DNA from: Lama guanicoe
Taxonomy: Eukaryota
Direction of reading: 5' to 3'
Length of the DNA: 64,000 nt
NCBI GenBank assembly: GCA_013239625.1
Contig: MU053376.1
Coordinates: 1,388,833 to 1,452,832, forward strand
The notes beneath the pieces are model-generated. The model did not search any database and was not told the origin of the DNA. It was given only the letters and a program-made list of their open reading frames with translations. The translations under genes and the position numbers were made by a program. Shown here one piece after another: positions 49,532-62,670 of the stretch. Each line of letters starts with the position of its first letter. Position 1 is the first letter of the stretch.

Positions 49532-50230
49532 CTGGAGAGGGAGGGGTGGGGGGGAAAGAGGCGGTCAGACAAGGTGTCGGGGGAAAGGGCCCAGTACAAT
49601 CTGGGGGGGCAGTGCTCAGAATCAGGAACCATAGGCGCTTGCTGCCCAAGATCTGCTGCAGACCAGACCTGCCCCCTCAGCGTCCTCCCAGCCTACCCAA
49701 AGCAACACAGTAACAGGAGTCTAGGTTCTAACCCTGACCTCAGGGAATGGGGCCAAACCCACTGGCTAAAGTCACAGGAAGATGTTCTAAGGTTTGACTG
49801 CGCTCAGCTTGCTAAAAGGGTGAGAGGAAACACGGGAGTCAGTTTTGCCAGATGGAGTTCCAGAACACCTGAGCTGGAAGGGGCTGGCAAGGCGACTTGG
49901 AAAGTCAGCAGGGGAGCAGAGGGAACTAAGGTTGGGGCCAGGCAGACCTGAGGCCCACCCTTTGGATCTGAAATAAGCTCAGCTTCTTCTTCTGTCCAGT
50001 TGGGGCAACGACTGTCCGAGCAGTCCGAGGCTCTACTGAGACTTCAGCAAAGCTGCGGGGCTCCTCGAGTGGCTGTGCACGCAGCCTGCGCACTGGCCCA
50101 TTTTCCTGATGGGGAAATCGGGTCCAGATGCGCAGCTACCAGCCTAGGCATAGGCTGCAGGCATCGCCCTGCACCTGGACATCCACAGAGACCGGCTCCT
50201 ACACCAGCCCCCAGGCTGCCAAGACCTCAC

Positions 50231-51019
50231 CTTCATCGTAGTGTTTCCGGGCCTCGGTGCCTGGCTCAGCCCTGGGCACACCCTGGTACAGCCCCTCACC
50301 CACGAAGTCCGTGTAAAACAGCGTGAAGGTCATGAGCGCCATCCAACTGCACAGCTCGGCCACGAAGAGTCGGCGCAGGGCACGGGGCATGCGGCAGCAC
50401 AGCCGGTGCAGCCGGGGAAAGAGGGCGCCCAGGTTCCGGAGAGCCAGGCGGGCGCGGCACGGGCAGCAGTGGGGCGGCGCGGAGGGGGCCAGCAGCCCTT
50501 CCTCCGCTGGCTCGGCCGGGCCCAGCGCCGCCTCCTCGGCCACAAACAGCGTGGCCACCACACAAGTGAGGAAGATGAGAGTGAGCAGGCCGAAGAGGCA
50601 CTCCTCCTGGGTGCCCAGGTAGGGGGCCAGGGCACTGGTGTCCCAGTCGATGGCAGGCAGGAGGTAGCCCAGGCAGCCCCCAAGGCTGATCATGAAGGCG
50701 TAGACAGAGAAGGCCTGGCGACAGTGGTCTGGGTCCCGGAAGAGGTCAGAGAGCAGGGCCTCCAGCGGAGTGAAGCACACCTGGCCGCAGAAATCCAGCA
50801 GCCCCACGCCCAGGATCAGCAGTGCCAGCTCCAGGGGCCTGGTGTCTGGGCACAGCAGCCCCGCCAGCCAGCCGGCCCTCGGGATGAGGAAGAGGCTCAG
50901 CAGGACGCCCAGGGACAGGGCCCAGATGAAGGGTCTCCGGCGGCCATAGCGCCCACGCCAGTGGTCACTGGCTGAGCCCAGGAGTGGGACTGAGACCAGG
51001 CCCAGCACTGGACCGATGC
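50231..51019 (-). CDS. SLC45A3: SLC45A3 exon 3
   Basis: cttcttgcag|GC acceptor and GAAG|gtgagg donor; 789 bp. Contains the sucrose-transporter family motif RGRYGRRRPF and LFYTDFVGEGLY. Confidence 0.97.
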
Positions 51020-51788
51020 CTGCAAGAAGGGCAAAGAGTATGAGCCAGAGGCTGAGGCCCAACCTCCCCGAGAAGGACGGAAATGATGGCCGTGCTGAGT
51101 ACCTCACAGGACCCCAGTTACTTCTCACAACTAAGACCACTAACACCGCATTTTAAGATGGGGAAGCTGAGGCAGGGAACAGCTGATAAGTGATACCTGT
51201 GCATAGGCACAGAGCTAGGAAGGGCGAGAGGCAGGGTTTCAACAGGCAGCCTGACTCTAGACCCCGTAGTCCTGACAGAGAGCCCCCTGCCTGGGAGTCA
51301 CGCGATGGTGACCATTTGCCTTCTGTGGCTTTTGCAAAATTCGTCTGCAGTCAGGAGCCCAGCCCCTGTAAGAAAGAGCCCTGGTGGGGAGACCCAACCC
51401 TACTAATCAGCAGCTAAGCTAGCTGTGTAGCCTGGCTAGTCACCTAGCCTCTTACTAGCCTCCATTATCTTCTCTGTGAAATGGGTAACCTCAAAGGGTT
51501 GCTGCAGGGATTAAATGAGACCATAGGTATAAATTACGAAGGGCAGTTTCTCCAGTCTCCTATGGGCACCAGGGACACAGAGATAACCAAGGAAGGTCCC
51601 TATATTCTTCCTCTTGGACCCTCCTTAGCCCAGGGCCACGCCTCTCCCCACTACACCAACCCATCAGGCTCAGGGACAGCAGGTAACCATCTCTTCCTCT
51701 AGGCAGTTCTTTGGGCTGAGGCCCTACTGCCCTACCTCCCAGGCAGCACCTATCTGGAGCAGGAGGGAAGGAGGATGTGGTGACTCAC

Positions 51789-51960
51789 CCAGCACCATGG
51801 TCATGAACTTCTCCTCTACCCCTACTTCCAATAGCAGGGGTGGCACATAGGTGATGCCTGCAGCCAGGCACACCTCCAGGCCGAAGGTCAGCAGGTTGAC
51901 CAGCAGGAGCTGGGCTTTCCGATGCCGCAGCAGGCGGCTCACCCACAGCCGCTGGACCAT
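51789..51960 (-). CDS. SLC45A3: SLC45A3 (prostein) first coding exon; exon 2 spans 51789-52184
   Basis: Kozak ACCATGG; encodes MVQRLWVSRLLRHRKAQLLLVNLLTFGLEVC. Donor G|gtgagt and acceptor ctcttttag|GATCC at 52184. Total CDS is 1665 bp, 554 aa. Confidence 0.97.
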
Positions 51961-54900
51961 GGTGGGCCAGGCGGGCAGGGCTCCGGCCTGTTCACGCACT
52001 CCAGAACCGCTCTGTCTCAGCCTTGTTCCAGACGCCCAGGCCTCTCCTCCTTGCTGCCTCTGACTGGCTGGGACTCAGCCTCCAGGAGCCCATGTCCGCC
52101 AGCCCTTCATGCGGGTCTAGCTTCTCAGCCATGCTAACCGCCTGCTGCCGGGGGGTGCCTCGGTGGGGACATATCGCTCGGATCCTAAAAGAGCAGGGAC
52201 AATCAAACACACACGAGTAGTAAGTCCTGGGAACCGCGTCTCCAGGATTTGTGGTGAATTCTGAATCTTGTTCACTCCCAGGCTGGTTTGGCCCTTCCAC
52301 CTGGGTGCCACCCGCTACTGCTCCATCAGGAAATGCATGTTAGTATTAGCCTAAGGTTGACATAATTAATCAGGTAAATATGACGTTTAAACCTCAGTAC
52401 ACTCCAGAGCCAACTAGATGCCAGTAATTCTCTGCTTTGGAGTATCTTTACAATTGCCCTTGCCTGCTAGTATGCGGATGAATTCCCAGCTCCCCAGGCC
52501 CTGCTATCAAGGTGCGCCTGGAGACCCTCCGCTGGTTTGTTTGCTGGTTTGTTTGCTTTTCTCGCTCCACTTCCTAAAGCTGGGCTGTTCAATTCCCCTT
52601 TGTTAAGAGTCACACTTCCTACTCTGTGCTGTCTGGCCCCGAGCCACACTGCACCGTGACTCCCACCCCAAGGAGGAGGATGAGGAGGAAGGGAGGAGAG
52701 ATTGTGGTTTGTTGGGTTGGGTCTTAACCTATCACTGCAACCATTTAAAGAGCACTCCCCTGGAAGAACACAGACCTGAAAACCTCTCCCTTGAGTTTCT
52801 CCCCACACTCAACATCCATGGGGAAAAAGCATTCCCACATGCGCTGCCCCACTGTCAGGGGACAGTGAGGCCGTTCTCAGGTCCCTGCCTCACACAAAAC
52901 CACACCACCTGGCAGCCACTCCGATGACGCCAGTGACCCTGAGCCAGCAGGATGCCCCACCACTTCCCGGGCAGCCTTTCTCTGCTTCCCCAAAGGCTCC
53001 CTTCTCACCAGAGAAGCCCCCTCAGCCCTTTCTGCTAGGCCTGCCTCCTGTGCACACAGATCCCCCTGGGGGAGCACCCACCCGGCATGCCCCAGCCCCG
53101 GACACTCGGCCTCCAGGTCTTGCTTCCTGACAGTAGCACCCACTGCAGTCTGTTCTGTTTACAAGTGACCTCAAAAGAGGGAAAATCAAGTCCACCACGA
53201 AGAGGAGGTACAGAGGACGGGCCTTGGTGAGAAAAGACAAAAGAGCCCTTTAACTTGTCATCCGTTCCACTTGTGGCTGGAGGCTGGAGCACCTACCTTA
53301 ACCTCACCAAGCCATTCCCATAAACGCTACTGAAGAGCACGACTCTGGTGCAAGGTTCATAGGGTGAAGGCCTTGGCCCCAGTCTCCACCCCCAACCCGA
53401 GGGCCTTCCTGGAGCACCCTCAGCCCTCATTCGCGCCCTCCTCCAATCTCAATGTCTCATAATTCTGTGCTTCAACTTCTTTAATCGTTTCAAATATCAC
53501 TAAGCCCCACAGGGCCTTATGTGTCACCCAGTGTGTTGCAGGTGCTCTCGGAGCTGTGCCACAAAGAAATCAGGCACCATCGATCCCGGGTAAGACGTGT
53601 CCATCCCATAACCACCTTCCAGGGCTCTGCAGCTCGGAGCCCAGGAAGGAAGGACTTCAGACAAGGCTGGGCCACAGCAGTGGCATCCTCCTCAAAGTTC
53701 TGCTCAGACTCAGACACCACCCACTCTGGGAATAGGCATGGACTCCTATGGGCAGGAGTGTAAGGCAGTGGCCCACATGGTCCCAAAGTAGGTTAGGGGA
53801 CCAGACATCAGCCTTAGCTGCATGGTTGTGGGTTCAGCTCAAGTCGAGTTCTCCCCAGGCACTGCACCGCCAGGCACCCCCAGAATGAAAGCAACGGAAT
53901 GCAGGACCAAGGGGTGGTGCCATGTAACCTGGAGAGAAGGGCTCTGGGTCAAAAGGCTTCCAGCCCATCCCACCCTCAGTCTGGGAAGGCCCTGGACACT
54001 CACCTGCTCTGGGCTTTTAAGAGACCAGGTCCTCCCTGAGCAAACAGAGACTTTGTCAGACTCAGCCTCACCCACAACCTGCACCCATTCCCAAGCCCTG
54101 GTTGCTCCCCATTGTTTAAAATAAACTGCAGCTCCCCAGCAACCACTAATCACCCCACCTGTCTTCCTCCTTCCCTTAATCCAGCTCCTCACTCCCAGGA
54201 CTGAGCAGGACCTTCCTCAGCCCACAATGGACAAAGACAAAAAAAAAAAACCCTCCTCCAGCGCAGAGAGCGCCCTTTGCTGCCTCCCCCTCCCCAGTGC
54301 CTCTCCCCGAGTCACAGGAGCGCTTTACCTGGTAACCAGGGGCGGGGCCAGGTGAGGAACTCCTAGAAAGGAGTTGGGTAGGAAGCGGCAGGCTCCAGCC
54401 CAGGTCTGCACCCCTCTGCTCTTAGGTTGCTGGGCCCGTCCTCCCTCTTTTGACGTCTACTGTGCCCTGGGGTCCAGGGCACTCCTGCCACCTCCAGATT
54501 TTACTCCTCTCAGCCCAGAGTTGCCTGAAAATTCCAAGCCCTTAAGAGTACTCTCCCTTCCAAAGCCCCCCTGTCTTCTCCTTACACCTTCCCAAGTGCC
54601 CCTCAAGTCGCCCCTTCACCACACTCCTGGGTCCTCAGGTGGAGGAAACGCCAGAGGACTCCCACAGCACTAACCAGAGTCCCCAGCAGTCCCTGAAGGG
54701 CCTTCTTCCCTGGGACGCGAACAGAAGCCCAGGCCTGGCCAGGGCCTGGGCTCAGAGAGGCAGGAGAACAGGAAGTGGTTCGTTACCACCTTCCCGGCTC
54801 CCACGCGACGCAGCCCCAGGGGCACTTCTTGCCAAAGCCTGAAAGTGACAGACCCTGTTGGGTCCCCCTGTTTCAGGAGCTCCTCTGCCTCCTCAGGGAA

Positions 54901-57900
54901 ACAGACAGGGAGACAAGATCCAATCCCTCCCCCCACACCCTGCAGCCTCAGAGATGCTTCTGACTCAAATCCTCCTGCCCCACTGCTCCTGGAGCACTCA
55001 GTCTGGCAAACAGAAGATCAACCAGGAGAGCCAGCCTCCAAGTGCTCACCTGGTGGGGAGGGGGCAGGAAGAGGAGGGAAGTGGAGGTACAGAAAGGGGG
55101 AGTCTGGCCTGACCTTGTGGACAGGAACAGAAAGCCTCCAGGGGGACAAGTCCCTCTCAAGTTCCAAATACCTCCCATCTTCTCTGGGCCCCTTGATGAC
55201 GGGACAGCAAGAAAGCTGGAGGAAACCCAAGACTTCTGGGAACCTTTAGGGAGCTCTGCCCCAGGCCATCTTTCCTCATCCCTGGGGGAGCAGAACTCAA
55301 GCCCAGAGAGGCTAAGGGCCCTGGGCACATTCTGTGAACCTGCACTTCATCGCCCAACTCCAGATACTGATATGGGAGACTCTAGGTGTAACACGTGGCA
55401 CCCCCAGAGCAGGCTGTAGGCTCCACTGCAACTCTTTGGCACCCACCCCACCGTGAGAAGGGGCCTGGGAAATGCTGATCTAGAGAATAAATGGCTGAGA
55501 GCAGAGTGGGGGCGGCTGGGAGGCATAAGAGATGGGAAAGACCTAAGTGCCTCTTCCTATCACACCAAGGAAGTCCCCAGAGGGGCAACTCCTGAGGGCT
55601 CAAAGGTGGTGAATGGATGGGACAGAGCCTCCTAGGCTGGAATGCCGGCCCCATCACTGCCCCCTTGCCCCACCGCAGGTTGGGCCCCGGGCAGGGAGTG
55701 CAGGGAAATGAAACTGAGCAACAGGAACAAACTTGGCCTGAACTTTTTCCAAAATTCAAAGAGTGGAGGAGGCAGGAGGAATGGCAGCTCGTGGTAGCTC
55801 CTCCGGGAAGGGAGGGTCAGAAGGATGAATAAAGAGGCCTTTGAGGGCTTTCAAAGGGGCTCCTGCCACCCCTCACGGCTGAGGTGGAGCTGGGGGAGCA
55901 GATCCCCTCGCTGACGGACAGAGGCCAGAGGGAGCCAGGCTGGGGGCAGCCCCGCCGCTGCCGCCGCAGGCCAGTGTCAGGCAGCAATCTATGGCCTCTT
56001 TATGCAGGCAGCGTCCCCACACCCGCCCAGGCACATCAAACGGCCGCAGCCCCCACCCTGACCCCGAGAGCCTAACCCTGCGTCCTCCCTCCCCACTCAC
56101 AAAGACTGTGCTCTTTCTCATTCACTCCCCAACCCTCTGGGGCCACTGGGAAGCCCCTCCTCGAAGGGAAGGAAACTGGGGATGGGGTAGGCTAGCCAGG
56201 AGGTCGCTGTAGAAAGGGGTGGGGTCACTCCAGGCCAATCTCCCTAACACTGACCGCTAGACTGTCCCGCCAGGACTGCAGGTGGGCAGTGACCTGCAAG
56301 ACTGCGAGAGAGGAGGGATCCCTGTTCCTCCACAACGGATGGGGCCCCAGCATCTCATCCCAAGTTGAGCTCTTCCAGATCCTCTAGGCTGGAGGCAGGG
56401 AAGAAGTCCGGGGGTTTACTACAACCTCCTGGTGCACTCACCCAGCCCCCTGCCCCAGTCCCAGGGGACCAGTGCCCTTGGCCTTACCTCACAAAGCCCA
56501 GCAGTATCTCTGCACTCCCAAAGTGAGCTCTGCCCTCCGGGCAGCTGCACAGGGAGTCTTGGGACACCCTAGAAACAGCCCACGCTGGCCAGACAGGAGA
56601 CGGGAAAATGGACATCCTCATGAAGCAATGAGCTGGCCATCGTTACAGACCCCTTGTCAGGGATGCTGTGCTGTGGGAATTCCCACCTGCGCATCTGGGG
56701 CGGGGTGGAGGGGCAGGATTTAGTCTATGCCCGGCTTCAATGCCTTCCCACCCACATTCAGTCTTTGATTCTCTGGGCTCCAATGGGATCTTCCAAAGAA
56801 GCAAGGATTTGCTCCCCCTACCCCCACCCCACTAAAGGCAACAGTGATTTGCACAAATAGCTGAGGCCCGGGCTCTCCCAGCACTCCCACAGACACCTGA
56901 GAACCCCACTCAGAATGCAACCTCCCCACCTCGCCACCTCGAGGGAACCCTGAGACAGAAGAATGGGGGGGGCGCAGTGGAGAGGAAGGTCCCACCCCCA
57001 CCCAGACTTGATCCCTAGCTCCTGCCTCCCCAGGACCTGGAGGCCAGGGATTTGGAGTCCGCCCTGCTGCGCTGCCTTTTCTTCACTTGGACTGGAAGCC
57101 TTCTGCTTAGCAGCTTGTCAGAGAGAGTGAGGGGGCTGCAGGCCGGGACACAAAGGGGGATTAGGGAGAAACCTCTCGGCCTGCAGAGTAATCCATCAAA
57201 CTCCCTCCCGGCTGCCAGCGCGGCCCCTTCCCACTCAATTCCCCTTCCAGCTGCTGCGGGCCCCCCACCCCCTCCAGCTCCTGAGCCCTGTCACTTCAGG
57301 CAGCAGAGAGAATCCCAGGCCCTGGGGGGGCAGAGGGGGCACACCACAGACACTGGGAAAAGGGCAACGGCTCCCTCCCCCCCCCCACCCCCAATGTGTG
57401 AAAACCCAACAGGTGGCAGTGGCTGGGAGGAAAGTTGCTTTTGTTGCCCTGTCTGAGAGCCCCAGCCCGGCTTCTGAAAGGAAACAAATGCCGGAGAAGG
57501 TTGGGGGAAGGGGAGGGGAAAGGACAGCGGGCAGTCCCCGCAGCCCGCTCTGATCCCCCCTCCCCTTTCCAATCCAGTGACAGGGGTTCTGGGGCTGGCC
57601 TGACCCTCACCTTGGACAGTCTCCCGGGGTCACCTGGCAATCCCATGGTGATGGTCAACACAGACACACGTCCGACTCCAGGCACCTGGGCCTCCTAACC
57701 AGACTCCCTCTCTGTGAATGTCTGCAACACCAGGTCACATGGGGTCACCTTGACCAAGTGCCCTCCAAACCAAGACAGTCGGTATTCTTCAGCCAGGAGC
57801 TCTCTTCTACCCCAGGGGCCACAGGCCTCTGAGCCCAGACATCCTCAAACCCAGCAATTCTACAGGACGACCTAGGTCTGGCGGTCAGCCCGGCCTGGGT

Positions 57901-57954
57901 CTGCATGCCCACATGCCCACACCACCATTTACTGTAAGGACGTGATTTTGTTAA

Positions 57955-58115
57955 TTGGCCTCCCTAAGCCTCAGTTTCCTCGTGTGCAGTTAATGACAGT
58001 AGCTAACACTGAGCGTTACTGCACACTAGGTGCTCTTCCAAGCCTTTTAATCTCCCAACAGCCTGGCGAGGTGGGTACAGTGAGTACACCCATCTGACAG
58101 GCGAGAACACTTAGA
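57955..58115. mobile_element. MIR fragments
   Basis: ctaagcctcagtttcctcgtgtg and tttaatctcccaacagcctggcgaggtgggtac. Confidence 0.55.
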
Positions 58116-58789
58116 TCAATACCACCAACTTCATGGTCGTGTAGTGTTTGAGAGGAAGTATGTGGAAGTTCCTGGCAGCCACTTCTTCAGTTGTCTGGCT
58201 TCCTCAGTGGAGAAACTGGGAGGGGATTTCTCATTCCCAACAGGAGTAGCAGAGGGCAGAGAGGGACCAACCGTGTCTCTCTTCCCAGCTTCCAGTCCCC
58301 TCACCCGCTTGCCTCCCACAAGGACCAGCGCCTCTTTCAGCCCTCACGGGCCAGGAGGAATGCCAAGAATGTAAGCGCCTCCCCAGGTGCTGGCCCCAAC
58401 AGGTGAGGAAAGGTCACTGCAGCAGCCCTGCCTGGGGTGGAGGCCGCGGAGGGAGATGGAGGGTGGGATAAACACCTCCAGTTATAAGACAGGGTGGTTC
58501 CCATCCACAGGGAAAATCATCAGAGGGGCCGCCAGCTGCTAACTGTCCAGGAGGGGCTTACACGTGCTAGGTACCTGACACACCTTCTATCTCTAATTCA
58601 CACCATTTGTACAATACTGCAAAGTCAGTATTTAATATTCCTATCTCACGAGGATCAACACTGGGCCTGTTTTCACAAGGGAGACAATGGAGCTGCAGAG
58701 GAACTCATTAACACACCCAAGGTTGCAAAGATAAAAAGGAGAATGGAAAACTCAAACCATTCAAAAATTCTGGAAAGTGCTCTGAACTA

Positions 58790-58930
58790 GAAGCCAGGAC
58801 ACTCGAGTCCAGTCTCAGTAACTTTTGTGGCTGTGTGGCCTGGAATAAGGCATTTCACCTCTCTGAGACTCAGTTTCCGCACCTGTAAAATGAGAGCTCC
58901 GCCAGATGCTGTCTAAGGTTCTTTCCAACC
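58790..58930 (+). mobile_element. MIR3/MIR-type SINE
   Basis: gctgtgtggcctggaataaggcatttcacctctctgagactcagtttccgcacctgtaaaatgag. Confidence 0.7.
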
Positions 58931-59848
58931 GTACAGCTAAGTGATCTCACGCCTGCGCCCCAGCCCCAGGTAGGGTGCTCACCATGGACAGCTGCCCACT
59001 GAATGCATTGGAGGGGGGTGGGTCATAGCCCTCCACCAATGAAAGACAAGGAGAGCCAGGTGGAGCAGGGCTCCTCAGCTGCACGTACCCCATCCTTTAC
59101 CTGCCTACACACTGCTCAAGTACAACAGAGTGCCAAGGGTCAGCGGTCACCTGAAACTGAACCGAGTAACCTAGACATCTGGGGGCAGAACTGCCCTCTT
59201 CCCCACTTCCTCCTGCAACTGGACTCTGTTCCTGGCAGAAATTAATAACTAGCTTCTCTGCTTGGGCCACAATAAACACTTCCCTGCAAGGTGGGGGTAG
59301 TGGTACCAAGAAATCCCTTGGTCCAGGGTGGGGGTTGAGGAACTCCGGAGGAGAATGGGGAGCTTGGCCTAGTCTCCAGACCACTGGGAAGTTCCCTCGC
59401 CTGGCTCCCTTCTCTTCCTACAGCCCCTGCAAACTGAAACCTGAACAGCCTCCATTCTAGTGATTTTGAACTTTGCCAGTCAGCCAGACCAGGCAGCTCT
59501 CCCTATCCATGCACATCCCTGTCCCCTCCCTGCAGCCTGGCCTCCCTTAAAAGATGCGGGATACAGGGAAGAGGCCAAGGAGTGGAGGGTCTGGGCAGAC
59601 CTACAGATGAGCAGAGCTCTGGGCTGGGAGTCAGACCAGGGTGCTGGACCCAGCTCTGCCATGTCCCACCTCTCGGATCCCAAAGTTGACGTCCTTCTAA
59701 GGCCCTTTCAGCCCTGCTATCCTAGGGTCTGTGACCAGTCCCATTTATCAGAGGGCTCTGAGCTGGACTCAGTCCTAGGGATGTAGTCTCCAAAACAGCC
59801 CCTTGGTGGTGAGCAGGGTGTAAGTGGGCTCCACAGAAGTTGGGTTTT

Positions 59849-59872
59849 GGTGGTGGTGGTGGTGGTGGTGGT
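59849..59872 (+). repeat. (GGT)8 trinucleotide microsatellite
   Basis: ggtggtggtggtggtggtggtggt read directly. Confidence 0.9.
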
Positions 59873-62049
59873 AAAAAGCCGTAGTTTGCCCACCCTTGGA
59901 GAGAGTGTGCCTCAGCATGTGCAACCTCACCTCCCCCAGAGAAACATCAAAGAGACAAAAGCTCGCTCACCCACCCGGCCACCATGACTGAGCTTGGTTA
60001 CATGCAAACCCACTGTGAAGGGGCTGGGGACTCGGAAACATGGGACTGCAGCCTCCCTCAGCAGAAGGGACAGATGCAGTCAGAGCGCACTGAGGGGCTG
60101 CAGGTGCTGAGTGAGACAAGTCCCTAGAGGGGACACGCTAGGTGCTTCCAGGCCTCCTAGAGGAGGCTGTGCCGTGACAGATGAGCAGGCAGGAACTGTG
60201 CGCAAAAGGCTAGATGTCTGCAAAACACAGCGGCTGGAGCATGCGCTCTCCACCTTCACTCACCTCTCCGCTTAGCCTCGCCTAGTCAGCTGTGGTGGAG
60301 AGGACACCAGGCCCCAAATCATGGGACACAGGCCCAAGATGGGGATATTCATCAGCACTGGACCTGTTTTTGCTTTCAAAGTAGTCACTGTCCTCCAGTT
60401 ACGTCCCCTGGACCTCTTCCCCCTTTCATGGGAACCCTGTGCGGCTCAAGTCCCCCACCTCCTCCAGGGCTGCCCAGACCACAGCTGTCAAGGATCTCTT
60501 CCTTCCAAACCGTGACTACACACACTGGATACCCCTCAGGGTTGGCTGTCACTCGCGGTCCTCCTGGTCTCTGGCTTGGGGGCCTTCCCTGCCCTCCACC
60601 GCACTAGCCCTTCGGCTCCTAGGAAACAGGGAGCCCAGGCCCTGCACAGGCCCTGCGAAGGGAGGTCCCCAGCCGAGGGCCTTGCAGGGGAGGCTGGTCC
60701 AGGATTCCTGCCTGTGGACCGGCGTGCCCAGGATTCAGGCAGGAGCACACTCAAGGTATTCAGGAGCTCAGCTCTTTCTAGTGACAGGAACCAGGAGTGG
60801 AAAGCTAGGTTGCCACGTCCCTAGGGATGGGCGGGGCACTCCTAGCTTGGACAATATCTGCCAGCTCAAAGTACACTTGAGATTAGAGAGGCGGGGGCCT
60901 GACAAGGAACACGGGGGAAGGAGGGCTGTCTCGGGGTGGCTGCCCCTAAGGGCATCCTGTCTGGCTAGGCATTCAGTCTGACCTGAATCTAGTGACTAAG
61001 GGACTGTGGACTATGGGACCAGAGGCTGCTCTCCAAGCCCCTTCTTGCTGGCTCATCCCAGCTTCCCAGAGAGTGATCCCCAGAATTAACAAAGGGGAAA
61101 GGAACAAACATGTACTGAGCACCTGGTCCACGCAGGCTCCTTGTGAGATACGGCGATCTCGTTTAATCCTCACTGTGACCTTGCAACTTGAATATCATCA
61201 CCTCCACTTTACAGACACAGAAACCAAGGCCAACAGGTGGGGTAGGCCTGTCTCCAGCATCAGAAGCAAGAAGCCCCACAAGTCCTTCGGGGTCAGTGGC
61301 AAAACTGTGGACTTCTTCCCATGGAGGAGGAAACACAGACCGTGTAGCAGAAAAAAAGGGATTAAACAGGAAGTTCTGGCCAGACATCAGGACCATCCTG
61401 TGATGGCTCTGTCACTACCCCCTGCCCCCAGGCAGGGACACTTAATACACTGGACAAAGCTCCACACTCCAGCTCTACTGCTGGGAGTCAAGTGGCATCA
61501 GTGTTCAAGACACTGGGCCTGGTACCAACTGGTCCAGTCCCCACCCTCGCTATTCCAGCAAACAGGGCCACTGACTGTTCAGAGAAAGTCAGGCTGGGTT
61601 TTCTTCTGGACACCAGAAAGCACTGCAAAGGATCCCAAAGGTTGGGGAGGGAGGACAGTGCAGAACCCAAACTTCAGAACACTCCCCTCCTCTCATACAG
61701 TTTCTCTAAAAATCATAACAAATAACCTTTCTGCAGAGAAGGTGCTTAACCTTTCAGGATATATATTCACCTCCATCACCTCATGGCACTCTCTTCCAAC
61801 CTGAGGAGAGAGGTAGGGCAGGGGGTTTATAGACTGATTAAAAAACAAGTCACATAGCGTATTGACAGGGGAGAGACCGGGGTGTCAAGTCCTGGTGTGT
61901 TCTCTCCATGGGACCACGAGTTCAACTGTAAATGTGTCATTCACAATTTACATATAGTTGTATACAGTGTAACTCCCTTGCTAAGAAACTTTGAAACTTT
62001 GGTTCCTAAGTGTAACCACAATGATTGCCTCCATTGTTACCAAATAGCA

Positions 62050-62670
62050 GCAGCTGGCATTTAGCAAGCTCCTTTCCCTTGCAGCTGCTGGGCTCAGAGC
62101 TTTACCTACATCAGCTCGTTTAATCCTCATAATGATGTGAGGTAGGTACTGTTACCCTCATTGTACAGAGGAGGAAGCTGAAGCACAGGGAGGTGAAGTA
62201 ACTTGTGCAAGAGGAAATGGGATTCAAACCCAGGCAACTGAGTGTTAGAGACAATTTCTTAACTCATACTGACTCCCCAAAGTCCGGGAGACCTTGGCCC
62301 CAGAAAAACAAGGTCTATAGTAGAACCCAAGAACAGAGGCCCAGGCTGGGTGATGCTGCCCACCGGGTGACAGGTGTAGATGTAGTGGATGTAGATAATA
62401 CTGTCTAACATTTACTGAGCGCTTGCTCCCTATCAGTCACACAATCCAGTGCTCTATACGCATGATTTAATAAAGCTATGGGGTTTTTAAATACATATAT
62501 ATAAATACATATTTATACTCATTACATTTATTATTTAATAAATAACAAAGCTACAGAGTAGGCAGTATCATTACTATTATCATCCCCAATTTGCAGCCAG
62601 GGATACTGAGACTCAAAAGAGATCATCCCACAGCTAGTGGAGCAGCCAGGATTTTCCGACAGTCTGGGTT
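62050..62670 (-). mobile_element. Two antisense MIR copies, the second interrupted by an AT-rich tract
   Basis: tttaatcctcataatgatgtgaggtaggtact...acagaggaggaagctgaagcacagggaggtgaagtaacttg and aacatttactgagcgctt...gatactgagactcaaa. Confidence 0.7.

Noticed and set aside
50241..50975. 244-aa + strand ORF and similar shadows at 46864, 49194 and 18457
   Set aside because: Antisense shadows of real SLC45A3 or ELK4 coding exons.
51020..51146. N-terminal extension of the 315-aa ORF as SLC45A3 coding sequence
   Set aside because: It is intronic. A canonical acceptor at 51019/51020 joins in phase with the upstream exon.
53151..53162. Androgen receptor half-site overlapping a forkhead motif (TGTTCTGTTTAC); also GGAACA-4bp-TGTACT near 61101
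   Set aside because: Spacing fits neither the canonical ARE nor the AR-FOXA1 composite, and such short matches are expected by chance.
60992..61804. 270-aa + strand ORF in SLC45A3 intron 1
   Set aside because: GTG start, runs through an antisense MIR (~61105-61230), and shows no recognisable domain. Probably chance, though a conservation test was not possible.
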